From an uncultured bacterium (GTDB lineage: Bacteria; Patescibacteriota; Minisyncoccia; Moranbacterales; GWC2-37-73): 64,000 bases of DNA. The position numbers and the translations under genes were made by a program. How positions within the stretch are numbered: position 1 is the first letter of the stretch; each line of letters opens with the position of its first letter. The stretch is from the NCBI GenBank assembly GCA_903851135.1, contig CAINNK010000037.1, positions 1,320 through 65,319 on the forward strand. The letters run 5' to 3'. Of this stretch, positions 45,314-55,167 are shown in pieces. Under the pieces are notes generated by a model. The model was not told the DNA's origin, searched no databases, and saw nothing but the letters and a program-made list of their open reading frames with translations.

Positions 45314-47026
45314 TTAAGCTTCATCGACGTCTCCACCGACACTTCTGCTGCCCTCCGTTACTCGCTCCACCTCAGCAAGCGTAGTCCTGCCAGCAAGTGC
45401 CTTTAGTACCCCGTCTTGTTTAATTGTAATCATCCCTTGAGTTTTTGCATAATCTTGAACAGCTTGCTCACTGCCGTCATGTTCAGAAATAATTTCTTTA
45501 ATGTTAGCATCTACTTCAAGAGCTTCAAACATTGCAATACGTCCTTTGTAACCAGTTTTTCCACACTCTTCACAACCAGCTCCTTCAAATAATGAGACTC
45601 CTTTCTTCAGATCAACCCCATATTTAGCCATATCTTCGTCTGATATCCCTTCAATTTGGCCAAGGAGATACTCCTTTGTTGATCCAGAAATGCTGACCTC
45701 ATGCTTACATTTATCGCAGATTCTTCTGACCAAACGCTGCGCAGCCACAACTCGCAAAGAAGACGCCAACAGGAAAGCTTCTACACCCATGTCAACAAGT
45801 CGAGGGATTGCTCCAATGGAGCTATTGGTATGCAAAGTTGAAAGCACTAAGTGACCAGTGAGGGCAGCATGAATTGTAAGCTCAGCAGTTTCACTATCGC
45901 GAATTTCTCCCACCATAATAACATTCGGATCTTGACGCAAAATTGAACGCAGTCCACTAGCAAAGGTATAGCCAATTTCAGGATTTATTTGACTCTGATT
46001 GATGCCAGCGATGGAATATTCAACCGGGTCCTCAAGTGTGATGATGTTTCGCTCTTCCATATTCAAAACTTCCAAGCAAGAATACAAAGTGGTTGATTTT
46101 CCACTACCAGTAGGACCAGTCATCAAAATAATTCCGAAAGGTTCACTGATATTTCTGACCAAAATATCTCCGCCTCGGCCTATGATTCCCATGTTTTCGA
46201 GACTATCCAGCTTATTGTCCTTATCCAAAAGTCGTAAAACTATTTTCTCTCCATCCATAATAGGCAAAGTTGAAACTCGAAAATCAACCGGGTGTCCATT
46301 TTCAACAACATTAAAACGACCGTCTTGCGGTTTCCTTTTTTCATCTATTTTCAAATTGGCGAGAATCTTAATTCTTGAAACTACCGCCTTTCCAACTTCT
46401 TTAGGAACAGATAATGAAGCATAAAGCAAACCATCGACACGAAAACGCACCCGATATTCTTTATCGATTGGTTCAATGTGGATGTCACTAGCTTTACCAT
46501 CAATCGCGTGACGAATAATCACACTTAAAAGTTTCGTAACTGGAGCCGACTGAACATTGCTGTCACCTCTGCCACCATCGCCCATTGCAAAACTGCCTTC
46601 CTCTTCTCCGACAGTTGCATCGTCTCGCAAAGAGTCTGCGGCTTCTTCAATCGCCTTTTCAGCTCCACCGGAATATTGCACAACCAAATCTTGAAAAACT
46701 TTCAAAGAAATCAAATAAACCTCAAACTGCAATTGAGTTTTTTCAGAAATAAATCGCAAGACATTCAGCGCATTGATGTTTTGCGGATCAACAATGCCGA
46801 CCTTAGCAATATTTTCTTTTTTCTCGAAAACAACCATCTGATTTCCCCTGGCAACATCTTCCGGAATAATATTAAGCACGTCAATAAAAACCGGAACGCT
46901 CTTATTCATATAAGGCATACCTAATTTCCTGGCCTCTTCGGCGAGAGCCTCGCCATCACTGACAGAAACAATTCCCTGGCCTTTTATTTCTGTGGCTATT
47001 TTATCATCATCAACTAAATTTTCCAT
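45314..47026 (-). CDS. pilB: Type IV pilus assembly ATPase (PilB/GspE)
   Basis: ASDIHIEP, RFRVDG, PQDGR, GPTGSGKSTT, LRQDPNVIMVGEIRD, CDKC/CEEC, GYKGR. Confidence 0.93.
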   Translation of the reverse strand: MENLVDDDKIATEIKGQGIVSVSDGEALAEEARKLGMPYMNKSVPVFIDVLNIIPEDVARGNQMVVFEKKENIAKVGIVDPQNINALNVLRFISEKTQLQFEVYLISLKVFQDLVVQYSGGAEKAIEEAADSLRDDATVGEEEGSFAMGDGGRGDSNVQSAPVTKLLSVIIRHAIDGKASDIHIEPIDKEYRVRFRVDGLLYASLSVPKEVGKAVVSRIKILANLKIDEKRKPQDGRFNVVENGHPVDFRVSTLPIMDGEKIVLRLLDKDNKLDSLENMGIIGRGGDILVRNISEPFGIILMTGPTGSGKSTTLYSCLEVLNMEERNIITLEDPVEYSIAGINQSQINPEIGYTFASGLRSILRQDPNVIMVGEIRDSETAELTIHAALTGHLVLSTLHTNSSIGAIPRLVDMGVEAFLLASSLRVVAAQRLVRRICDKCKHEVSISGSTKEYLLGQIEGISDEDMAKYGVDLKKGVSLFEGAGCEECGKTGYKGRIAMFEALEVDANIKEIISEHDGSEQAVQDYAKTQGMITIKQDGVLKALAGRTTLAEVERVTEGSRSVGGDVDEA

Positions 47027-47100
47027 GAGAATAAATAAATATATTTAAAAACAAATAAACAAGCCTAACTAGCTAACAAAAAATCCCAATAACATAATAA

Positions 47101-47874
47101 TTACTGACTCAAGAATGGGTTATTACTTCCGGCAGAGATGCCACTCATATTGATTTTTGGAACATTTCCAGCGGTATAATCTTTCAATTTTTGAATTGTC
47201 GCATTATCAATCTCAGGATGAAAATCAGCCAGCTTCTTGTCATCAGCTTTAACTTGCTTTAGGTATCCAAAATCAACAGTAATTTTAGCCGTGATTGTGG
47301 TGGTTGACTGCGAGCCTGTAGTTGAAGTTGCAGCTGAATCACTACTGGTCGTCTTTTCAACAGTAGCTATATTTAAAGATTTTATTGAATTGAAAAGTGG
47401 AATGTGCTGAATGCCATTAAAAAAGGTTTTCAATTTATCATAATCACCATCAACCGTAATCACAGCCTGAGTATTCTGAATGATATCGATAGGTTGATTT
47501 TTCGAGGCTAAATCAGCCACAACGGAAGCAGGAGTTGGGTTATCAACAATTTCAACATTATCCAAAAAGACCCCGGCATTAGCCGCTAAATAATTAACTT
47601 CTCCCACAATTTTCTCCTCCACTTTATTCTTAGGGAGGTAGTTCAAAATCATCGCGTTACTCTCTTCATCATTTTTAATCGTATTACTCAATGAATCAAG
47701 GGCGGCTTTTTTATTCTTAACTCCCTGCAAGATCTGAAGATTGGTATTATAGTCATCACTCACCGCCTTAAAAGCAACGATTTCAGGATTTATATAGCCA
47801 AAAAAAACAGCCACTGCGAGAATTAAAATTATAGGAAAAAACAAATATTTCAACCTCATTTTTTTATTTTCCAA
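47101..47874 (-). CDS. PilO-like pilus assembly protein
   Basis: N-terminal TM, coiled coil, GDYDKLKTFF and C-terminal NNPF; sits after pilM/pilN. Confidence 0.7.
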   Translation of the reverse strand: MENKKMRLKYLFFPIILILAVAVFFGYINPEIVAFKAVSDDYNTNLQILQGVKNKKAALDSLSNTIKNDEESNAMILNYLPKNKVEEKIVGEVNYLAANAGVFLDNVEIVDNPTPASVVADLASKNQPIDIIQNTQAVITVDGDYDKLKTFFNGIQHIPLFNSIKSLNIATVEKTTSSDSAATSTTGSQSTTTITAKITVDFGYLKQVKADDKKLADFHPEIDNATIQKLKDYTAGNVPKINMSGISAGSNNPFLSQ

Positions 47875-48011
47875 TATTTTGTTAAATCAAACAAAAATAA
47901 TGGGTTTATTTATTTAAAATTTTATTATTCAACTAAGTAAATGAGTTATTTTTTTCAGCTTGTAAAAAATCCCCAAACCTCCACAGCCAACAAAAGTCAA
48001 TTAGCTAAAAA

Positions 48012-48533
48012 TCATTTAATATTAATTTCAACATCACATTTTATGCCTTTTGTATCCCTGCTCAAGCTCTTCACATTAACACTTGAAGCAAAATCAGCCT
48101 GTTTAAAGTTGAAAACTTGTTTTGAGACACTGTCAAAATTTGATGTTCTTAAAGTTATCAAAACCTTCTTGTCCGTTTGAGTATATGAAGAAAAGACAAT
48201 TCCCGGGATGACAACTTTGGATATATCACTAAGCACGCTATTGACTTCAATTTTTGCCCCTAAATTATTTTTCACTTCCTTCAGTCTTGTCTGCGTATCA
48301 ATAACGTCGTCCACACTTTGTTTACCACTAAGAGCCCCACTTTCTGAGGTTATTTGAATTTTCAATTCATTATTCTTTTTATCAATAGAGAGCGACCCAA
48401 ATTTTAAACCCAAGAAAGAAATGAGGATTATTGCGAAAACTGCAATAAAAACTATAATACTGAAGTTCATTTTTCCAGTACCGTTAAGCATTTCTTCTCG
48501 CTGTTGATCTTGATAAAGATTGATTGTGGTCAT
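48012..48533 (-). CDS. PilN-like pilus assembly protein
   Basis: N-terminal INL motif, TM and coiled coil; follows pilM. Confidence 0.7.
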   Translation of the reverse strand: MTTINLYQDQQREEMLNGTGKMNFSIIVFIAVFAIILISFLGLKFGSLSIDKKNNELKIQITSESGALSGKQSVDDVIDTQTRLKEVKNNLGAKIEVNSVLSDISKVVIPGIVFSSYTQTDKKVLITLRTSNFDSVSKQVFNFKQADFASSVNVKSLSRDTKGIKCDVEINIK

Positions 48534-48703
48534 GCTTGTGAATAAATCTCGGATCGACGCTAATTTATCTTCAGTAATCTCTAACTATCAAACTCGTGCT
48601 TTGCAACTGTCAGCAAATGAGCTTGGGTAGCATTAGTGATTCATGTTTTCCGTGATAATTAGTGAAAAGATTCGTGTAGATTAGTGATTTATATTCTTAA
48701 TTT

Positions 48704-49831
48704 TTATTTTCTTTTATAATCATCGATGCCGCGTAAAGCCAAACCAAGCGCTACTGAAAATGAAGATCCCAGCTCTTTCGTGAAAGGCGCAACTTCATTG
48801 CTAACAACTATACCACGCCAAGGATTTCCCATCCGCACTTTTTCACCCAAGGACCTAGTAAAATATTCTTCAATACCCTTCATCTTGGAAGTGCCACCGG
48901 AAATTATCAGTGAATCTATCCTAGCTTCTCTATTTTTTTCTTTATAAGCAGCAATGATCCTGCGCAATTCGCCCACAATCAAATCTAAGACTGGAATTAT
49001 GATAGCCGTCTCATTACTATTAAGCATGTCCTTATCACCCTTTTTGAATATTTCCGCTCTGGCTCTAGCAATATTCATGCCATCGGCAATAGCTGAAGTG
49101 ATTTCATCGCCCCCAGCATCGATATTTCTGTTAACCTGAATCACACTTTTTTCAACCAAAACGATGTTAGTTGCTCTGGATCCAATATCCACAATCAAGA
49201 AGGTTCCACCATCATCGCCAACCAGCGATCTGGCAATAGAAAAAGTTTCCAGTTCAATAGCGCTCACATCCAGACCAGCGCCGGAAACCAAGCGGTCACA
49301 ATGTTCAATATCTTTTTTTGGAGCAGCCACTAAAAGCACCTTTATCTTCCCATTAGTTCTGCCCTTTGGATCATTCTTTGCTTTAAGTTTAGCAACAAAA
49401 TTATCTTGATCTTGAAGTTTTACGCCATCCGTTTTCCTTTCAATGATTTCCCAACTCATAGCAATTTCATCAAGAGCACTAGGAATATATTTATGCGCTT
49501 CAAACTGAATCGCTTTTGCCAATTCATCATCCGGCATGTCTGGTAAATCAATAATAGTAACCAAACCGCTAAAGCCTGGGATAGAAACATAAGTTGACAC
49601 AGGCTTTATGCCCATTCTGGCAATAAGTTTTTTCAGGGATTCATTAAGCGCTTGTTCCAGCGAAGCTGATTTCAAACCGTTGTTATTGCTAGCCAAATTC
49701 AAGTCAACAAAACCATAATTTTCCAAACGAGTTTGTTGATCAGTATATGAAAGTTCCACAACTTTAATTGAGGATGTTCCGAAATCGACACCAATAAAAT
49801 GATTCTTATTTGTTTTAAACAATTCAAGCAT
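48704..49831 (-). CDS. pilM: Type IV pilus assembly protein PilM
   Basis: IGVDFGTSSIKVVEL, EAHKYIP, VLLVAA, VDIGSRATN, ISGGTS, VALGLALR. Confidence 0.92.
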   Translation of the reverse strand: MLELFKTNKNHFIGVDFGTSSIKVVELSYTDQQTRLENYGFVDLNLASNNNGLKSASLEQALNESLKKLIARMGIKPVSTYVSIPGFSGLVTIIDLPDMPDDELAKAIQFEAHKYIPSALDEIAMSWEIIERKTDGVKLQDQDNFVAKLKAKNDPKGRTNGKIKVLLVAAPKKDIEHCDRLVSGAGLDVSAIELETFSIARSLVGDDGGTFLIVDIGSRATNIVLVEKSVIQVNRNIDAGGDEITSAIADGMNIARARAEIFKKGDKDMLNSNETAIIIPVLDLIVGELRRIIAAYKEKNREARIDSLIISGGTSKMKGIEEYFTRSLGEKVRMGNPWRGIVVSNEVAPFTKELGSSFSVALGLALRGIDDYKRK

Positions 49832-49913
49832 ATTTGTTTTTGTGTTAGGCTAAAGTCAGATATAGCAGTTACAAAAATCATAACATATATTTAAAAAATC
49901 AACAACAACAAAA

Positions 49914-50672
49914 ATGCCAACCTTGTGGACAAAAATCCTTATCAATCTCAAAAACATCAGGGGTTACGCGCTTGATATTTTTTTTCCCATTAATTGCCTT
50001 GGCTGTGGCGCTGAAGAAGGTTGGATTTGCGAAACTTGCAGTCAAAAGATTAAAATCCGTGATCAACAGCTCTGTCCTCTCTGCGAGAAAATCATAACCC
50101 CGGACGGCCAGGTCTGTTTTGCCTGCAAACACAAATCTCCCTTGAGCGGGCTGCTGGTTGCGGCAAGTTATCAAGAGCCGCTTGTCTCAAAAGCAGTCCA
50201 TCTTTTCAAGTATCGCTTCATCGAAGAATTGTCCGCACCACTAACAAAAATAATCCTCAAGGCTATTAGAAGTTACGAGTTGCCCTTGCCAGACCTTATC
50301 ATGCCAATACCCCTTCACACCAAAAGACTTCATTGGCGAGGTTTCAACCAATCTTCCTTGCTAGCAAAAAACCTGGCTGAAAATCTTTTGCCAAATTCAC
50401 AACTGGAAGTTTGCGAAGATATTCTAATACGCAGTCGGCACACCTTACCGCAAATGAGTCTAAAGGACCACCAACAGCGAAATCGGAACATTCAAAACGC
50501 TTTCACCATCAACGATTTCTCAAAAATTAAAGACAAAAGAATTTTACTCGTTGATGACATCACCACCACTGGTTCAACCATTTTCGAATGTGCTCGCGTA
50601 CTCAAAAAAGCCGGCGCCAAAGAAATTTATGCTACTGTAATTGCCAGACAGGAATACAAAAAGAAATCCTAA
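49914..50672 (+). CDS. comF: ComF family competence protein (zinc ribbon plus PRTase)
   Basis: Four CxxC pairs, PIPLH...RGFNQS, LLVDDITTTGST. Confidence 0.92.
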   Translation: MPTLWTKILINLKNIRGYALDIFFPINCLGCGAEEGWICETCSQKIKIRDQQLCPLCEKIITPDGQVCFACKHKSPLSGLLVAASYQEPLVSKAVHLFKYRFIEELSAPLTKIILKAIRSYELPLPDLIMPIPLHTKRLHWRGFNQSSLLAKNLAENLLPNSQLEVCEDILIRSRHTLPQMSLKDHQQRNRNIQNAFTINDFSKIKDKRILLVDDITTTGSTIFECARVLKKAGAKEIYATVIARQEYKKKS

Positions 50673-50713
50673 ATCCTAATTTACAATGTCCAATACAATA
50701 AAAAGGGTATTAA

Positions 50714-50872
50714 AAACCCAGCGTAAACCCTGCACCCTTCGGGCTCACGCCGATAAAATCGGCGAGGTTTTAAAGCTTTTGGTATCGTCGCTCCCGCCCG
50801 CTTCGATACGCGAAGCGTTTCGGGCAGGCGCTGCGAAATAAAAGTACTCTTTCATTTCACTCACTCCGCTAG
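50714..50872. repeat. GC-rich intergenic nested-hairpin element between convergent genes
   Basis: CGCCGAT-aaa-ATCGGCG and GCCCGCTTCG-ata-CGCGAAGCG...CGGGC. Confidence 0.55.
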
Positions 50873-50912
50873 ATAATAAACCAGGAAACTAAGAAGCTAA
50901 AGCCTGATAAGC

Positions 50913-51530
50913 TTAATCCTCTGCCTTAACAACCCCCGCCACAACCAAAGCTTCAAAATGTTTTGGTTTTTTCTGAAAAAGATACTGCACAATTTTTCCG
51001 CGTTTTTTTTCAAATTTAAGCTCATTTCTTTTGGCAAATTTTTCAATCTGCTTGCTTGCCGACGATACTTCATCTTTATTTTCAACCAGCAATTCTATCT
51101 CAGTTATTTTATAAACAAAATCTTCCTCACCTGGCAAAATGGAAACTGCCTCATCTAAATCAATTTCAAAGCCTTCCTTTTGATATTTCTTGCGCGTTGT
51201 CCTAAGCTGACAAAAAAATTCATAACCAAAAGCTTTGATATCGGTTTCAAAATCCAACACAGTTGCCACCGCAAAAATTTCCCGAATTTTATCTTCGCCT
51301 TCGATTTCTTGAAATTGAGTGGTCTGCATTTTCTCTTTTTGAAAAACTGGCAACTTCAATTGAAACTCGCCGTCTCTTTCTCGCAGCCAAATGTTGTTTT
51401 TCGAAAGCGTAAAATCCGCAGTGTCATAATAAACATCCGTAAAGGTTTTTTCACTGACAAATTCAGCACCCTTAAGAAGCCTTTTTTCCTCCTCATCATT
51501 TAGTTTAAATTTTTTTTCAACTTCAATCAT
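50913..51530 (-). CDS. CYTH domain protein
   Basis: N-terminal EVEKKF, DVYYD, WLRER, IDLDE, EIEL. Confidence 0.9.
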   Translation of the reverse strand: MIEVEKKFKLNDEEEKRLLKGAEFVSEKTFTDVYYDTADFTLSKNNIWLRERDGEFQLKLPVFQKEKMQTTQFQEIEGEDKIREIFAVATVLDFETDIKAFGYEFFCQLRTTRKKYQKEGFEIDLDEAVSILPGEEDFVYKITEIELLVENKDEVSSASKQIEKFAKRNELKFEKKRGKIVQYLFQKKPKHFEALVVAGVVKAED

Positions 51531-51570
51531 AACACTTATCTTTATTATTTTTTGTTATCTTTTTATTCCA

Positions 51571-51616
51571 AAAAGTGTGACACATCTTGACGGCCGTCAA
51601 CTTCTGTCACACTTTT
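51571..51616. repeat. Palindromic element/hairpin
   Basis: AAAAGTGTGACA...TGTCACACTTTT enclosing the perfect palindrome TTGACGGCCGTCAA. Confidence 0.7.
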
Positions 51617-51619
51617 ATT

Positions 51620-54136
51620 TTATTTTTTTGATAATTTCTTAACCCAAAATTGAAACTGTTCACCCTTTTCTTCAAAATTTTTCCACACGCTATAACTCGG
51701 CGAAGCCGTGGAAAGCAAGCAGACTGAGCCTTTTGGTGTATTTTCAAAAGCAAATGCCACCGCTTCCTTCATGCTTTTTGTTTCCAAAATGTTAAGTCCT
51801 TTTTGTGATTTGAAAATTCTTTTGCCACTATCCGGGAAAAGCACCACGTTTTTGACGCCCTTTTTGCGGATTTGCTTTTCAAGCTTGGAAAAATCATAGC
51901 CGCGATCTTGCCCGCCCAGAAAAATAGTTCCAACATTTTCAATTGCTTCCAAGGCCATCATGGTTGATTCCGGCGTGGTTGAAATCGCATCATCAAAAAA
52001 TTTAATATCACCAAATTGCCCCACAAATTCCAACCGGTGAGCAAGCGATTTGAATTTTTTGAGCGCCTTTTTAATTGCGTCATCTGAAATTCCAAACTCT
52101 TTCGCGACCGTCACTGCCGCTCGGATGTTGTTTTGATTATGCTCACCCAACAATGACGATTCAAAACCATCCAGCGAAATTTCAGCAAAAGACTTTTTTT
52201 GCGCCACTGTTGCGCTAGCCCAGTTTTTAAGTTTTTGATCTTTAGCGTTATAAACAAAAACATCTTCAGAGTCTTGAAAAGAAACTATCCTCTTTTTGGC
52301 TTGATAATAATTATCAATCCCACCGTGATAATCCATATGCTCAGGAAAAAAATTCAGCGCCACGGCGATGTTTGGCGAATAAGCGATGTCATCCAGTTGA
52401 TAACTGGAAAGTTCCAACACAAAAATTTCTTCAGGATCAATCTTGCCTAGCAACGCTCCCAGCATCGGAGTGCCAATATTTCCCAACAGCCGAACTTTTT
52501 TGCCAGCCTCTTTCAAAATTGCGGCAATTAAAGAAGCGGTGGTGCTTTTGCCCTTGCTACCAGTCACCCCAATTGTGAAATTTTTGTTTTGCGCAAAAAA
52601 CAAATTTGTAGCTGTCACATACGGAATTGAGACTTTTTCCTTTTTTATTCCCGGCGTTTTGATGGCCAAATCATAATCAGCCTGACTTGCTAGATAGTTT
52701 TCATCCAGATTCCCGTCAGCGATTCCAATTTTCAATTTTGGAAAATATTTTTTCAGATATTTTTCTGTCGTCTTTCCTTCCTTGCCATAACCAAGAATCA
52801 GGATATTATATAGTCCAAGTAATCTGAAATTTTCTGGCAAAGTTTCAACTTGATTGACTTTAAAAACTTCCTTAACCAGTTTTTCTGGATTTTTTATTTT
52901 TGGTAAAAGTTTTTTCAAAATAAAAGTTTCGCCAAAATTTTTACGTGCCAAATATAACGCTGCTTGCGATTCAGCAAAAGTTCCAACACAATCAAAAGGT
53001 TTCATTTTGCCAAAACCAAGCACGTCTTCAAACATTGGCAAAAGTTTTTCATCTTCAAAAAGATTTTTTCCAAAAATTTTCAACAACTCCGGCTTTTTCA
53101 AAAAAGAAGCCAGTAGCGTGAAAACAAAAACGCATTTCGCGCACTCACCGCACCACAACTTCTCTTGGCGATTCTTGTGAACTTTAAAGTTCCGATTACA
53201 GCTAGAAAAAGACGCAAAATATTTCTGTTGCCTGGCAAACATTTGCGCAATACGAATTTCATAAAACTGCCTTAACAAGGAAAAGTAAACTACATCAGAT
53301 GAAAAAAGTTTTTTTGTATAAGTTTGGAAAAGTTTCTCAAACTCCATTGACTTGCTCCATTGATGATTCACGCTCTCACCTTTATACTTAATGTTGCCAA
53401 AGTTGCTACTAAATTCATTGCCAACCACCACATGCGAATAATCATACAAAATCGCCGTCAAATATCCAACAAAAGCAAAGACTGCTGAAATCGGAACATG
53501 CCCATTATAAGCACCTTCAAATTTTTCAAATATTTTTTTATCCAAAAATCGTTGCACTTTCAAAGCTGGGATGTCCATCGTTTTTACAACCGTATCGGAA
53601 ATTGGAGAACCCTGTTGGGTTTCAATTAAAAGCGCCGTGATTTTCTGCCCATTTTCCTTGAGCAATTCCCCTGCCACAATTGAATCTTTCCCTCCGCCAA
53701 TTCCCACTAACATTCGTTGCTTTCTTTTCAGGCTATAGCTTTTGATTTTCACTTTCGAGCTATATGGAAATTCAATCAATCCCTGTGGGTCAATTTTATT
53801 CTGAAAGAAAAATTCTCCCAAACCTTTTCGATAAACCACATTGAAAAATTTCGCCTGCTCCTTGGAAATTAGTTTAAACAATTTTATTTTCGGCGGACAA
53901 TAAAGTTTGAAGTAGCTGATTCCCAACATCAAATGCACGCTTTGCAAAACATTTTCCAACAGCTCAGCTGGAACGTTTTCAAGAGATATTTTTCTTGGAA
54001 AGATAATTGTCTCAAAAAATTCCAAGGTTGGTCGATTTTCAAATTCAATCGCATATCCAAAAACAGCCTGCTTTTTCTCAGGCTGCAATTGATATGAGGT
54101 AAACACAAAATTTTTCGCAATTGGCGCTTTATTCAT
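51620..54136 (-). CDS. Fusion of a MurL-like UDP-MurNAc-L-Ala-L-Glu epimerase and a MurD-type ligase
   Basis: N-half: GIGGGKDS, NGHVPISA, VNHQWSKS, FSSCNRNF, WCGECAKC, KPFDCVG. C-half: GYGKEG, GVTGSKGKSTT, GNIG, LELSSYQL, EHMDYH, HRLE, DDAISTTPES, SYSVWKNFEEKG. Probable ATG at 54136. Confidence 0.85.
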   Translation of the reverse strand: MNKAPIAKNFVFTSYQLQPEKKQAVFGYAIEFENRPTLEFFETIIFPRKISLENVPAELLENVLQSVHLMLGISYFKLYCPPKIKLFKLISKEQAKFFNVVYRKGLGEFFFQNKIDPQGLIEFPYSSKVKIKSYSLKRKQRMLVGIGGGKDSIVAGELLKENGQKITALLIETQQGSPISDTVVKTMDIPALKVQRFLDKKIFEKFEGAYNGHVPISAVFAFVGYLTAILYDYSHVVVGNEFSSNFGNIKYKGESVNHQWSKSMEFEKLFQTYTKKLFSSDVVYFSLLRQFYEIRIAQMFARQQKYFASFSSCNRNFKVHKNRQEKLWCGECAKCVFVFTLLASFLKKPELLKIFGKNLFEDEKLLPMFEDVLGFGKMKPFDCVGTFAESQAALYLARKNFGETFILKKLLPKIKNPEKLVKEVFKVNQVETLPENFRLLGLYNILILGYGKEGKTTEKYLKKYFPKLKIGIADGNLDENYLASQADYDLAIKTPGIKKEKVSIPYVTATNLFFAQNKNFTIGVTGSKGKSTTASLIAAILKEAGKKVRLLGNIGTPMLGALLGKIDPEEIFVLELSSYQLDDIAYSPNIAVALNFFPEHMDYHGGIDNYYQAKKRIVSFQDSEDVFVYNAKDQKLKNWASATVAQKKSFAEISLDGFESSLLGEHNQNNIRAAVTVAKEFGISDDAIKKALKKFKSLAHRLEFVGQFGDIKFFDDAISTTPESTMMALEAIENVGTIFLGGQDRGYDFSKLEKQIRKKGVKNVVLFPDSGKRIFKSQKGLNILETKSMKEAVAFAFENTPKGSVCLLSTASPSYSVWKNFEEKGEQFQFWVKKLSKK

Positions 54137-54208
54137 TAATTTTTTCCATATTCCACAGAGACTTAAGCATAGCAAATTTGAAACTCAAAATCAATGAGAT
54201 CGAAATTT

Positions 54209-54373
54209 TTATTGCACAAAGCCGCTCATTGCAACCCCGATGAAATATGGCCAGACGGCAATGGCAAGCACGCCTTCCCAAAAGGAAAGATGCAGAAAGC
54301 CGATTGTGAACAGCCAGCCGGCAAACCACGAGAACGCCGTGAACCCGTGTTGCTCGATTTTGATTTTTTCCAT
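54209..54373 (-). CDS. Small membrane protein (54 aa)
   Basis: Below the ORF-track cutoff: MEKIKIEQHGFTAFSWFAGWLFTIGFLHLSFWEGVLAIAVWPYFIGVAMSGFVQ; fills the gap in a co-directional gene run. Confidence 0.7.
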   Translation of the reverse strand: MEKIKIEQHGFTAFSWFAGWLFTIGFLHLSFWEGVLAIAVWPYFIGVAMSGFVQ

Positions 54374-54415
54374 ATGATTATGGATTAAAAAATTAATTGG
54401 TTTTTATTTGGAACA

Positions 54416-54727
54416 TCAGCTCAGCTTTTTCATGACTTCGGCAAACTCTTCATCGGTCGCAATTTCGCCTTTCAAAATTTCACATTCCTTGCCTTGCCAA
54501 TGAGGTTGCTGGCTCATGTTTTTTCTGGTGATTTTTTCAGCCAGCTGACGATCGTCTCCGATTTGACTCATGAAATATTGGACTCCGCCTTCAAAAATTT
54601 CCTCGCAGGATTTGACGTTGCCGTCTTCACCCACACAATGGAGACAAAAATTTGAATTTTCGTCGCCGCCAGCGAAATCTTCTTTTTTCTCAAGTGGCAT
54701 TCCGCATGCCTGGCAAAATTTTTGCAT
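54416..54727 (-). CDS. Zinc-ribbon domain protein
   Basis: FCQACGMPL...FCLHC. Confidence 0.82.
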   Translation of the reverse strand: MQKFCQACGMPLEKKEDFAGGDENSNFCLHCVGEDGNVKSCEEIFEGGVQYFMSQIGDDRQLAEKITRKNMSQQPHWQGKECEILKGEIATDEEFAEVMKKLS

Positions 54728-54747
54728 ATATTTTTATGAATTAATTA

Positions 54748-55113
54748 TTAGACCAACTTGGCTTTATTTTTCCACCAACCCACAAAAAGCGGAAGCGCAA
54801 AAGTCAAAAGATAATAAAGATAAACGTCCATTTTGTAATACCCATCGGCTGGCTTGAAAATCTTGACCAAGAAAAAATAATCAAAAACAATCGCTATCAG
54901 CATCCAAATGATGGCAATTTTCAAATAATATTCAAATTCTTCATTTTTGATTTTTTTCAACAAAACCCAAAGCGTGATGGCTACGCCAATTGGCATAATC
55001 ACCCAGCCCAGCACCGAAGTTGGCACAAAAGCGAAAAGCACAATGCCAAGCACGTAGCCAAAAAACCATAGTCCGATTCCCCAACCGAAAGTGTCTTTCA
55101 GAAATTGTTTCAT
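54748..55113 (-). CDS. Small integral membrane protein (4 TM)
   Basis: 121 aa, four hydrophobic helices, YYKMDVYLYY. Confidence 0.8.
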   Translation of the reverse strand: MKQFLKDTFGWGIGLWFFGYVLGIVLFAFVPTSVLGWVIMPIGVAITLWVLLKKIKNEEFEYYLKIAIIWMLIAIVFDYFFLVKIFKPADGYYKMDVYLYYLLTFALPLFVGWWKNKAKLV

Positions 55114-55167
55114 ATTGTTAAAAAATTACTAACATTTATTATTATACCTAAATATTTTTATTTCTCG

